The translations under genes and the position numbers were made by a program. A stretch of 45,875 bases of DNA from a virus. Location of the stretch: positions 1 to 45,875 of IMG/VR virus record IMGVR_UViG_3300048919_000216; one strand, given 5' to 3'. This document shows positions 6,653 through 13,998 of this stretch, piece after piece. Numbering within the stretch: position 1 is the first letter of the stretch; each line of letters begins with the position of its first letter. Below the pieces are notes generated by a model, which was not told where the DNA came from, made no database searches, and saw nothing but the letters and a program-made list of their open reading frames with translations.

Positions 6653-6946
6653 ATGACAGAGTTTAAGAAATTCGACGCATCGGAATATCTGCACAACGAT
6701 AGTGACATGCTGGAATATCTGTCCGTCGCCATGGAAGATGAAAACCCGGACGTATTTATCACGGCGTTGAGCGACGTCGCCAAGGCGCGCGGCATGGCAA
6801 AGATCGCGGAAGCGTCCGGTCTTGGCCGTGAAAGCCTGTACAAAGCACTTAAACCCGGCTCCAAGCTTCGCTATGAGACGATGCACAAAATCGTTCACGC
6901 GCTAGGCTTCCAGCTTGTTTTAAAGCCCAGCCTAAGCGCTGCCTGA
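6653..6946 (+). CDS. Cognate HTH antitoxin (HigA-like 'addiction module antidote' family)
   Basis: F.A.EYL......L.YL..A.ED..P......L.DVA.ARGM..IA...GL.RESLYKAL.P....R..T..K...ALG..L. An AAGGAAGG RBS precedes ATG 6653. A GTG at 6638 is an alternative start. Confidence 0.85.
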   Translation: MTEFKKFDASEYLHNDSDMLEYLSVAMEDENPDVFITALSDVAKARGMAKIAEASGLGRESLYKALKPGSKLRYETMHKIVHALGFQLVLKPSLSAA

Positions 6947-7090
6947 TAGCGAAGAACCGCGTAGCAATATCATCCCACCGCGGCTGTTCTCGAGGAGGAT
7001 CCTGCAGGCGTTTTCAGTCATCACGCGCGCAATAAATTTCCACGATCGACGCGCCGGCAGGGCCTATTTTTAGAATTTCGTTCCAAGCGC

Positions 7091-7128
7091 CAAAACGCAA
7101 AAAGCCGCCCGGATCGCTCCGCGCGGCT
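7091..7128 (-). terminator. Rho-independent terminator of the Dam-type methylase gene
   Basis: On the minus strand AGCCGCGCGG-loop-CCGGGCGGCT is followed by TTTTGCGTTTTG, directly after the stop codon. Confidence 0.6.
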
Positions 7129-7133
7129 TTCGT

Positions 7134-7973
7134 TTATCCTATCGGCAGATTTGGTATTCCCGGTTCCTTGCCATCAAGGATGATGACTTCACCGACACTC
7201 TTTCCCTTGCCGCCCGCAACGGAGTAGGTGAGGGCGACAGAGACGATCGGGAAACGCGAGAACGCTTCTCGCACTTCTGGTGTGTCATTGAGTGAAACCA
7301 TAAAGCGACCTTTGATCAAGGCCAGCCGGTCGGCCATTTCCGTAAAGTCCTCACGCTTGAAGACGTTCTTTCCGTAGTCGGTTTCGCAACCGAAATAGGG
7401 CGGGTCGAGATAGAACAGCGTTCCGGGCCGGTCATATCGCTCGATGAGATTTCGCCAGTCCAGGCACTCGATGACGACACCAGCAAGCCGCTCGTGGACT
7501 TCCTCAAGCACCGGCATAAGCCGCGTGACATTGAACCGCGCGCCGCCCGTGGTATCGACACCAAAATTGCGGCCTGTGATCTTTCCGCCGAAGGCAAGCT
7601 TCTGGAGATAGAGGAAGCGCGCAGCCCGCTCCAGATCAGTGAGGGTCGAAGGATCGACCGACGCCAGCCGGTCAAACTCACGCCGTGATGTGATCTGGAA
7701 TTTCATCACTTCCATGAGCTGGGGAAAGTGACGCTGCAGAATTCGAAACAGCGTCACCACGTCGCCGGAAATGTCGTTGATGACTTCAGCGCGCGGAATG
7801 AGGCGACGGCGTAGAAAGACGCCGCCCATCCCGGTAAAGGGCTCGGCATAAAGATCATGCGGGATTTGCTCGATGAGCGCCGCGATCCGTGCGGCCAACT
7901 GCTTCTTGCCGCCGAGATAGGCAGCAGGAGGCGAGACCGGACGGACTTCCGAAAAGTGAAAAGCATTTTGCAT
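7134..7973 (-). CDS. N6-adenine DNA methyltransferase, Dam/D12 class (orphan, no cognate endonuclease)
   Basis: AYLGGKKQL at the N-terminus, EPFTGMGGVF (AdoMet motif) and FYLDPPY (catalytic DPPY). Confidence 0.85.
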   Translation of the reverse strand: MQNAFHFSEVRPVSPPAAYLGGKKQLAARIAALIEQIPHDLYAEPFTGMGGVFLRRRLIPRAEVINDISGDVVTLFRILQRHFPQLMEVMKFQITSRREFDRLASVDPSTLTDLERAARFLYLQKLAFGGKITGRNFGVDTTGGARFNVTRLMPVLEEVHERLAGVVIECLDWRNLIERYDRPGTLFYLDPPYFGCETDYGKNVFKREDFTEMADRLALIKGRFMVSLNDTPEVREAFSRFPIVSVALTYSVAGGKGKSVGEVIILDGKEPGIPNLPIG

Positions 7974-8120
7974 TGTGTCTGGTTACTTTTTCTGACAAAC
8001 CGCCCCGGCCTGCGCAGGCAAAAGGGTGCGGCAATAACCATGTGTTTTGTCGGGCGGGGTTCGACTCCAATCTGTCCCGCTGTTGCAGTCGTGAGGCTGC
8101 AACCACCCGCAAGGGCATTG

Positions 8121-8153
8121 CAAAACGGGCCGGAAGGAAAACCCAACCGGCCC
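8121..8153 (-). terminator. Terminator at the end of the late/lysis operon
   Basis: On the minus strand GGGCCGG-N13-CCGGCCC is followed by GTTTTGC, 10 nt after the stop of the last late gene. Confidence 0.5.
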
Positions 8154-8162
8154 GCTTTAAGG

Positions 8163-8597
8163 TCATCGTCTGAGAATGAGAGAGAATAGGTTTTTTACGG
8201 CGTCGGCGAAGGTCACGCCCATCGCCATTGCGCCAAAGCCGACGACTGTCAGGCCTCCGACACCCATGAGTTTCCAGCGCTGAATATCGTCTGTCACGGG
8301 CTTCATTGCCTTGACGTCTTTCGTCACGGTTGAAACGACATCATCCAGCCCTTCGACCGTTGGCTTCATTTCCGAAACATCAGCCTTCACGACGGCGACG
8401 GTTTGTTCGACGTCTCCGACGCGATCCACCATTTCATCGAGCCGCCGATGCACGACAGCCCGACTTTCAGCTGCCTTGTCTTCGGAGCGCCGGGCCTGAT
8501 CTTCCATGCGCCGTATCGAGTCTTTAAGCCCCTCCATTCCCTCTACCAGCCGTCCGAGCTGCTGGTGGATAGACGGATCAAAGTCACCAGGTGCCAT
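8163..8597 (-). CDS. Coiled-coil protein with a C-terminal transmembrane anchor (resembles the Rhizobiales DUF1515 family)
   Basis: 144 aa, charged helical repeats, then LMGVGGLTVVGFGAMAMGVTF near the C-terminus. It is the last gene of the lysis cassette and overlaps the o-spanin end by 14 nt. Confidence 0.6.
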   Translation of the reverse strand: MAPGDFDPSIHQQLGRLVEGMEGLKDSIRRMEDQARRSEDKAAESRAVVHRRLDEMVDRVGDVEQTVAVVKADVSEMKPTVEGLDDVVSTVTKDVKAMKPVTDDIQRWKLMGVGGLTVVGFGAMAMGVTFADAVKNLFSLILRR

Positions 8598-8949
8598 AGC
8601 TCAAACCACCCCCCTTGCAGACGCGGTCTTTGCTACACGCTTGACCGGAACCAAAAGAGGCTCTGGTGTAGTCGTAGAAGGCGGCGCAACGAAGAGTGCG
8701 GCGGTCTACGAAATCCGCAGCAAAGTCCCACCGCAATTGTGTGTTGCGGGGCTTTTCGATTCCGTACTTCGGAATGACCCTGTCCATCTTCTTCCGGCAC
8801 TCTTCCGGTAGATCAGGAAGATTAACACCCGCCGACGTCTTGCCCCGCGTATCAGCGGCGGCAATAAGCCTCGCCTCTTTGCTCGCACAGCCAGCGGCGA
8901 TCATCATCGCTCCAGCGGTAATCACCGTCATCCATGTTTTGATTGTCAT
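8584..8949 (-). CDS. Outer-membrane spanin lipoprotein (o-spanin, Rz1/LysC-like)
   Basis: An internal start gives MTIKTWMTVITAGAMMIAAGC with the lipobox AAGC. The gene starts inside the i-spanin gene and runs past its end, which is the overlapped architecture. Confidence 0.7.
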   Translation of the reverse strand: MTIKTWMTVITAGAMMIAAGCASKEARLIAAADTRGKTSAGVNLPDLPEECRKKMDRVIPKYGIEKPRNTQLRWDFAADFVDRRTLRCAAFYDYTRASFGSGQACSKDRVCKGGGLSYGTW

Positions 8950-9235
8950 CTTTGATTGCCTGTTCGAGTTGGGCTTCGAGCTTCTGTTGGGTGAGGGCGT
9001 CGGCCACCGCCCGCTTGCGGTAGTCTTCGAGCGCCAGCGCAGCGGCGTTGCGCTGGCGTTCCATTTCGGCGGCCTTCGCTTCAGCGGCTGTCTTTTCCGA
9101 AAGCAAAACGTAGCCTTTGAGCAACGCCGCATCATGTGAGGAGAGCCACAGCCGGAAGCCGCCAATAGCCAGCAAGACGCAAATGATGAGGGCGGCTAAG
9201 CGCCCTAGGAGTGACGTCGGGAGAAGGAAGCTCAT
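8852..9235 (-). CDS. Inner-membrane spanin (i-spanin, Rz/LysB-like)
   Basis: N-terminal TM segment LLGRLAALIICVLLAIGGF, then a coiled coil. ATG 9235 overlaps the endolysin stop (ATGA). Confidence 0.7.
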   Translation of the reverse strand: MSFLLPTSLLGRLAALIICVLLAIGGFRLWLSSHDAALLKGYVLLSEKTAAEAKAAEMERQRNAAALALEDYRKRAVADALTQQKLEAQLEQAIKDDNQNMDDGDYRWSDDDRRWLCEQRGEAYCRR

Positions 9236-9819
9236 AGCCCGCTCACGCACAGCTCGGCTTCACCGACGCGTAGGCCGTCGCCCATCTCGCGACGGTTGAC
9301 CAGGCCGCGTACGATCCGCTTACCTGCCTTGTTGAAGGCCGTCTGAGCTTCGCAGGCAAACCGCCACATGCTGGCTTCGATGCGACCCTTTGCGGTCGAT
9401 CGGCACCATGCGTCGACCCCGAAATTGTAAGCGCCCGATATCATCGAAGCCCGAACGCTGACCGGCGCTTTCGCGAGGTTTGGCGAGCATTCCATGATCT
9501 TCTGGTAGTAGTCGTCATGCACCCGGCGAAGCAGCATGTCGAAGCATTGCGCCTTCGTCTTCGTCATGCCGGGACCGATGCCCTTCGTTTCTCCGTAGCA
9601 AATATCCCAGATCTTGGCGAAAGGATCCCAATGGGATTTCAGAACCAGCCCCTCCCAAGGGATGATTGCTTTTTCGACTGCCAGTATAACGGCAGGATCC
9701 ATCTTCTGCTCTGTGGCGTAGCGATCATAGATCGCATAGCTGCCACTGGCGATGCCAAGGAGGACGGAAGCAATTGCAGCTCTACCGCGCTTCGTCGGCG
9801 TGATCTTGTTGATCGGCAT
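9232..9819 (-). CDS. SAR endolysin, phage lysozyme (GH24, P21-R-like)
   Basis: N-terminal weakly hydrophobic Gly/Ala/Ser-rich segment AAIASVLLGIASGSYAI. The catalytic region is WEGLVLKSHWDPFAKIWDICYGET (E-x8-D ... CYGxT). Confidence 0.85.
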   Translation of the reverse strand: MPINKITPTKRGRAAIASVLLGIASGSYAIYDRYATEQKMDPAVILAVEKAIIPWEGLVLKSHWDPFAKIWDICYGETKGIGPGMTKTKAQCFDMLLRRVHDDYYQKIMECSPNLAKAPVSVRASMISGAYNFGVDAWCRSTAKGRIEASMWRFACEAQTAFNKAGKRIVRGLVNRREMGDGLRVGEAELCVSGL

Positions 9820-10027
9820 CGATCATACCTTTCTGAACGAGGATTCGGGAAATGAAGGCGGCACAGGTCGCGCCGCCCGAAAGCGCAGCGAACAAGCCGC
9901 GCGGGATTTCGAAGTAACCGTCAATGATGGGAAGGAAGACTTCGATGCCGGACAAGAGACCGGCAATCAGGATCCATCGAATGGACCAAGCGCGTTTTAG
10001 CACCTGCCACTTATTGGCGATAAACAT
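9782..10027 (-). CDS. Holin (two TM helices, pinholin-like)
   Basis: 81 aa with two hydrophobic helices and a charged C-terminus. It overlaps the endolysin start and sits at the head of the lysis cassette. Confidence 0.65.
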   Translation of the reverse strand: MFIANKWQVLKRAWSIRWILIAGLLSGIEVFLPIIDGYFEIPRGLFAALSGGATCAAFISRILVQKGMIDADQQDHADEAR

Positions 10028-10083
10028 GGGGGTTTCCGGATTGTTAGAGATAAACGCTAAGAGCGTCCCTAGAGATCGGCCTG

Positions 10084-10263
10084 TTAGTCCGCCTGTGGCG
10101 AGGCCGTCTGTTCTGCTTTGAAGGCATTGATCCGGTCATCGCGCACGATTGGCGGGACATCATGCGGAACATGCAGCGTGTTCGTGTTTCCCTCTGGATA
10201 CACCACGGAGACGGTAATGTTGCCTTGCGCGTCGTACTGCAAGTAAAGCTCGACTTCTTCCAT
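10084..10263 (-). CDS. Small hypothetical protein (59 aa; below the ORF-track cutoff)
   Basis: ATG 10263 abuts the stop of the upstream gene (10264). Translation: MEEVELYLQYDAQGNITVSVVYPEGNTNTLHVPHDVPPIVRDDRINAFKAEQTASPQAD. Confidence 0.4.
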   Translation of the reverse strand: MEEVELYLQYDAQGNITVSVVYPEGNTNTLHVPHDVPPIVRDDRINAFKAEQTASPQAD

Positions 10264-11067
10264 TCACGCCACCTTGAAGAATATGCCAGCGTAACCGCTG
10301 TTGTTGCCTCTGCTAAAGTTTTGGCCGGTTAGATCAGGCCAAACGCCGAAAGCTTGAGTGTTCCCCAAGAACGAAACCGATGATGCCGTTCCTGACGCCA
10401 CCTGTGATGCCGTACCGCCAAGAAGGGCGGCGATGAAGGTCGAGTTAGAACCAAAGGCTTGAAAAACGGCTGTTGTAGTGTCGCCGTTTATGCCCATCCA
10501 GTAGAGGCCGGGATTGAGCGTTATGTTTCCGCCGACCAGAGCGCCACTCATCGCGCCGGTAGTGCCAGCCGACATATTGGCAGTAGCGCCAAGAACATTG
10601 CCGGAGGGGAGCTTCGTGACGGGATCAGCGGCATAGATCGCAAGCTGAAAAGCTTTGCCGCTTTCGGCAGTGGTCACGCGAACCGCTAATTCCGATATCG
10701 TAACCCGCTCTTTGATGACGATCGGATGAAACTTGATCTGCCCGCCAACGACTGCGGCCCCGCCAGAGACAATCGTATTGATCCCTTGATAATAGTTCCC
10801 CGGCGTGTAGCCGAAGAAATCGGAATTATCTTGCCGAACCCAAGACGCCGCCCCAGCTGCTGCATCTCGGCAAATGTACTCGATACCCGTTGCGGTATTG
10901 AGCCACTTGGAGTTTACCGAGAAGCCATCGTTCGCATCGTCAGTGACAGTCGGATTTGTCGTTGATGCTACATTTTTAGGAAGGCCGTCGATCGCCTCCA
11001 ATGCAGCATTGATCATGGCGCGAGCTTCAGCGCCGGTTGCTTTGCTACCGATCTTTCCGATAGGCAT
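10264..11067 (-). CDS. Gly/Thr/Ala-rich virion-associated protein (fibre or appendage-like), function unknown
   Basis: 267 aa from MPIGKIGS. The start shares 1 nt with the upstream stop (TGATG). The composition is typical of beta-rich fibre proteins. Confidence 0.6.
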   Translation of the reverse strand: MPIGKIGSKATGAEARAMINAALEAIDGLPKNVASTTNPTVTDDANDGFSVNSKWLNTATGIEYICRDAAAGAASWVRQDNSDFFGYTPGNYYQGINTIVSGGAAVVGGQIKFHPIVIKERVTISELAVRVTTAESGKAFQLAIYAADPVTKLPSGNVLGATANMSAGTTGAMSGALVGGNITLNPGLYWMGINGDTTTAVFQAFGSNSTFIAALLGGTASQVASGTASSVSFLGNTQAFGVWPDLTGQNFSRGNNSGYAGIFFKVA

Positions 11068-11210
11068 CAGGGTGCATCCTTCCAAATTGCGGCATCATCC
11101 CAAACGCCGTCGTCATTCCAAACGCCTCTCGCCAAAATCCAAGCCAACACCGGCGCTAAGGCTAAGGGGCGGCTGGCGGCGAGACCGAAACCAAGAGAAA
11201 ATCCGCTCAT
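11067..11210 (-). CDS. Tiny coupled ORF (47 aa) with a W-x-D/N-D repeat tail
   Basis: MSGFSLGFGLAASRPLALAPVLAWILARGVWNDDGVWDDAAIWKDAP. It has an ATGA overlap upstream and a TGATG overlap downstream. Confidence 0.35.
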   Translation of the reverse strand: MSGFSLGFGLAASRPLALAPVLAWILARGVWNDDGVWDDAAIWKDAP

Positions 11211-11491
11211 GCGCGTGGTTCCTTGAAGCCTCGTACGGCAGTCTCGATCGGCGTTGCAGTCCTGATAGAAACCACGTTACCAGGCGATAGACCGGTCGTG
11301 ATTTCACGGGTGAAACCATGCTCCAAGATCATGTAATCTTTAGTATCCGGATCTGGAGCGCCTTTCGAAATGCAGAGGTAAACGGGTTGCTGGCAGTCCA
11401 CCTGCACGCCAAATCGAGAATATGTCGCGCCATCAACGATCTCCTGCCATTGAGCAGCGCCGGGCGCTTCAAAAGTGAGCGTTACTTCCAT
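11207..11491 (-). CDS. Small hypothetical late protein (94 aa)
   Basis: An AAGGAA RBS precedes ATG 11491 (MEVTLTFE...). The longer 11554 version overlaps gpD. Confidence 0.5.
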   Translation of the reverse strand: MEVTLTFEAPGAAQWQEIVDGATYSRFGVQVDCQQPVYLCISKGAPDPDTKDYMILEHGFTREITTGLSPGNVVSIRTATPIETAVRGFKEPRA

Positions 11492-11514
11492 AGGTCGGTT
11501 CCTTGATTGAAGTT

Positions 11515-12678
11515 TTAGTTTTCGTCGGTGCGCCCCAGACGAGGCGTGAGCCACTGCGACGGCGTCTTAGGCGTGCCAGGCGCGCTATTCGGCGCGACCT
11601 TTCCGTAGTCCTTCGCTTTCGTCGACGAGCTGCTGTCGAAAGAGTTTTCCGCGTCGGACTCGCCGCCTTCCGAGGAGGAAGACTTTCCATCGTAGAGTTT
11701 GCCGGAAATGTCCGTGGTAAAGGTGCCTTTCGCCGCATACTTGTGCGTCGCCGTGTCGATCACGTATGGAACGCCATCGAGACCGGGACGGATGCGGGCG
11801 TAAAGCAGCGGCGCACCGGCGCAAATCGAAGTGTCGCCGATCACCGTGACCGAGGTGCTGCCCTCGCCACGCTTTAGGCTTTTAGCTTTTGCCTGCGCAG
11901 CCTTATCGGCTTCAGCGGGTGAAGAGAACGCCTCTGGAATGCGATAGACGCTATCGCCGTCCGCTTCCGCATCCGCCTCTATTTCGACGCGCTGCGCCTT
12001 GTCGCTGTCCTGATAGTAAGCAACGACCTTGCTGTACTTCGTCCGATCGCCGACTTCGAACTTTAGGGTGCCGAGCTGCGCAATTTCAGGCGTAACGATG
12101 ACGCTACCAATGTTCTTGCCGCTCGCGGCTTTACCCGAACCGAGGCTGGAAAAGAGCAAGCGGCTTTGTTTGATCGAGAACAAGCCATTATGCCGCTCCG
12201 CAAGCCGCCGCAAAAAATGGATGTTGCTTTCATCCTGTTGGCCGATCCAGTCATAAGTGAACTTGGATAGTTCGGGATCGATGGCAGGCGTCAGGCCGCT
12301 TTCCTCAGCGATCTGCGAGACGATATCGCCCAGGGTTTTCTTGTCCCATGCGCGTTCCTGCCGCTCCTTCAGCTTGCCGCTTCGGAAGTCCACGGCATTG
12401 CCAGAAATCTTCATGCTGTAGGGCAGGCAATCGCAACTGATCTTGTCAGCAGTGAAGGTGCCAAGCGATGCAAGATTGCTGTCGTAGCCCATCCTGACGC
12501 CGATTATCGCACCCTTTCGCGGCAAAGCGAGGAAGTTCGGCGGGCCGTCGTTAAGTTCGATATCGATGGTATCCGATTTCAGACCTTCTTTGTCGGTCAC
12601 AGTGACAGACTTCAGTCGCTCGTAGAAACCGCCTGCGACCGGCGCACCATCAATGGTGATTTCGACGCGTGGCTTCAT
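11515..12678 (-). CDS. Late control gene D / tail protein D (P2 gpD family)
   Basis: 387 aa. The family-typical N-terminus is P...I.IDG.....F..RL.S..V.D..G..SD...I.L.D, plus the IHFLRRLAERHNG motif. It follows gpU and gpX. Confidence 0.85.
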   Translation of the reverse strand: MKPRVEITIDGAPVAGGFYERLKSVTVTDKEGLKSDTIDIELNDGPPNFLALPRKGAIIGVRMGYDSNLASLGTFTADKISCDCLPYSMKISGNAVDFRSGKLKERQERAWDKKTLGDIVSQIAEESGLTPAIDPELSKFTYDWIGQQDESNIHFLRRLAERHNGLFSIKQSRLLFSSLGSGKAASGKNIGSVIVTPEIAQLGTLKFEVGDRTKYSKVVAYYQDSDKAQRVEIEADAEADGDSVYRIPEAFSSPAEADKAAQAKAKSLKRGEGSTSVTVIGDTSICAGAPLLYARIRPGLDGVPYVIDTATHKYAAKGTFTTDISGKLYDGKSSSSEGGESDAENSFDSSSSTKAKDYGKVAPNSAPGTPKTPSQWLTPRLGRTDEN

Positions 12679-12680
12679 GG

Positions 12681-12893
12681 CTAGTCCCAGAGGCTGACGA
12701 GGCGCGCTTGCGTCGTGGTGGATGAGAAGGCGGGCATGATGATCTTAGTGCCGATCGGCAGCACCGGGCCCAGCGCCGCGAGGCCGGGATTGGCCTCAAT
12801 GACCGTTTCAACGACTTTTGCCGTTCGGCCATAATGCGCGAGGCAGGCGAGATCGACCGTCTCTCCCTGCTTTGTCGTGTAGATATCTGACAT
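12681..12893 (-). CDS. Tail protein X (P2 gpX, LysM-like)
   Basis: 70 aa: Y....G.T.D......YG......E.V...NPGLA....LP.G..I..P. Confidence 0.8.
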   Translation of the reverse strand: MSDIYTTKQGETVDLACLAHYGRTAKVVETVIEANPGLAALGPVLPIGTKIIMPAFSSTTTQARLVSLWD

Positions 12894-12899
12894 GGAAAA

Positions 12900-13364
12900 T
12901 CACCGAAAAAGGTCAGAGAGGAAGCTGGTAGCGCGATCGAGAATACTGCCGCCCGATAAGGGGAGGGTGTCGGCTTGACGCTTCAGCTTTATGGAATAGG
13001 CATTGCGCGCCGCAACACCGCGCGCATTGTGGTGCGACTTGTCTTCTTCAATGCCTTGAACGGTGAAGACGCCTTGAATGACGCCTTCGGCGGCATTGCC
13101 TGTAACCAGCATCATCGGCACACCAGCCCCGGCCTGCGCTACAATGCCGTCAAGCTGAGATTGCCCGCCAAACTCTTCAGTGAAGATGACGCCGGAAATC
13201 GTAATTTCATCCGAAGTCGGACCAGTCCACTGCATAGGGTTGAGGGTCTGCCCGACCGGAATTTCCGACCAGGCCGTGTTTACCGATCGCTTGATGCCCT
13301 GATAACCGAAGCCCAGCGCTTCAAAGGCGAAATCGCCGAGCATCATTGATGTGTTGCCGGACAT
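12900..13364 (-). CDS. Tail protein U (P2 gpU)
   Basis: 154 aa starting MMLGDFAFE, with G.....I.L.G.....FGG, positioned between the tape measure and X/D. Confidence 0.8.
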   Translation of the reverse strand: MSGNTSMMLGDFAFEALGFGYQGIKRSVNTAWSEIPVGQTLNPMQWTGPTSDEITISGVIFTEEFGGQSQLDGIVAQAGAGVPMMLVTGNAAEGVIQGVFTVQGIEEDKSHHNARGVAARNAYSIKLKRQADTLPLSGGSILDRATSFLSDLFR

Positions 13365-13444
13365 GGAAGACTCTCCAAAATGCGAGGACTCGACTCCCTC
13401 CGACCGATCTGTATTTTCGGCCTCGGTAATAGTCGGGGGTTTGC

Positions 13445-13996
13445 GTGGATAGTTGGTTTTACAATATGGGCGGCAGGCGCTTTGGGCCGGTCAATGAAGA
13501 GGATCTGCGATCGCTCTTTGCGGACGGCACGATTTCAGGCGACACCCTTGTTTGGAGCGCAGGATCTGGCGGCGACTGGAGAAAGCTCGATGAAGTCGAG
13601 CAGTTCAAACCGCCAGCCGGTAGTTCACCGCCGCCCTTGCCACCGTCTGCGATCAGCGATCGTTGGGCATGGGGGATGGCTTTAACGCCGTTGCCTATGT
13701 TTGCCCTTGACGTTATCGCCGCCCGTGCGACAGGTCGCGGCTTCGATTTCGGTACTTACGCGCTGATCAGCCTGATCTTTTATCTGACCTGTTTAGCTCT
13801 TGATAATCGCGCCGTAAGCGAGGCCGGTTACGGTTCAAGAATGCGAGGGGCTGGCGCGTGGCTGCTAATTACCCCAGCAGCGTATTTGTTCGCGCGATCG
13901 AGACGCTTAGGCAAAAGCCTACTGTTAGGTTTCGTATGGATAGCAGCTTTCCTGCTACCCATACTTCTTCTTTTATGGCTTCGAGGCGAGATCTAG
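13445..13996 (+). CDS. GYF_2 (DUF4339-type) domain protein with four C-terminal TM helices; opposite-strand moron
   Basis: A GTG start gives (M)DSWFYNMGGRRFGPVNEEDLRSLFADGTISGDTLVWSAGSGGDWRKL, which is the bacterial GYF pattern. A Pro-rich linker follows, then four hydrophobic helices. It is convergent with the tape-measure stop, separated by 2 nt. Confidence 0.7.
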   Translation: MDSWFYNMGGRRFGPVNEEDLRSLFADGTISGDTLVWSAGSGGDWRKLDEVEQFKPPAGSSPPPLPPSAISDRWAWGMALTPLPMFALDVIAARATGRGFDFGTYALISLIFYLTCLALDNRAVSEAGYGSRMRGAGAWLLITPAAYLFARSRRLGKSLLLGFVWIAAFLLPILLLLWLRGEI

Positions 13997-13998
13997 CT

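Noticed and set aside
8058-8068. A tRNA T-loop-like motif GGTTCGACTCC lies in the Dam / late-operon intergenic region. It could be a tRNA gene or a tRNA-derived attP core.
   Set aside because: The flanks cannot form a T-stem (CGGGG against CCAAT), and no acceptor or anticodon arms can be drawn. There is also no integrase to use an attP.
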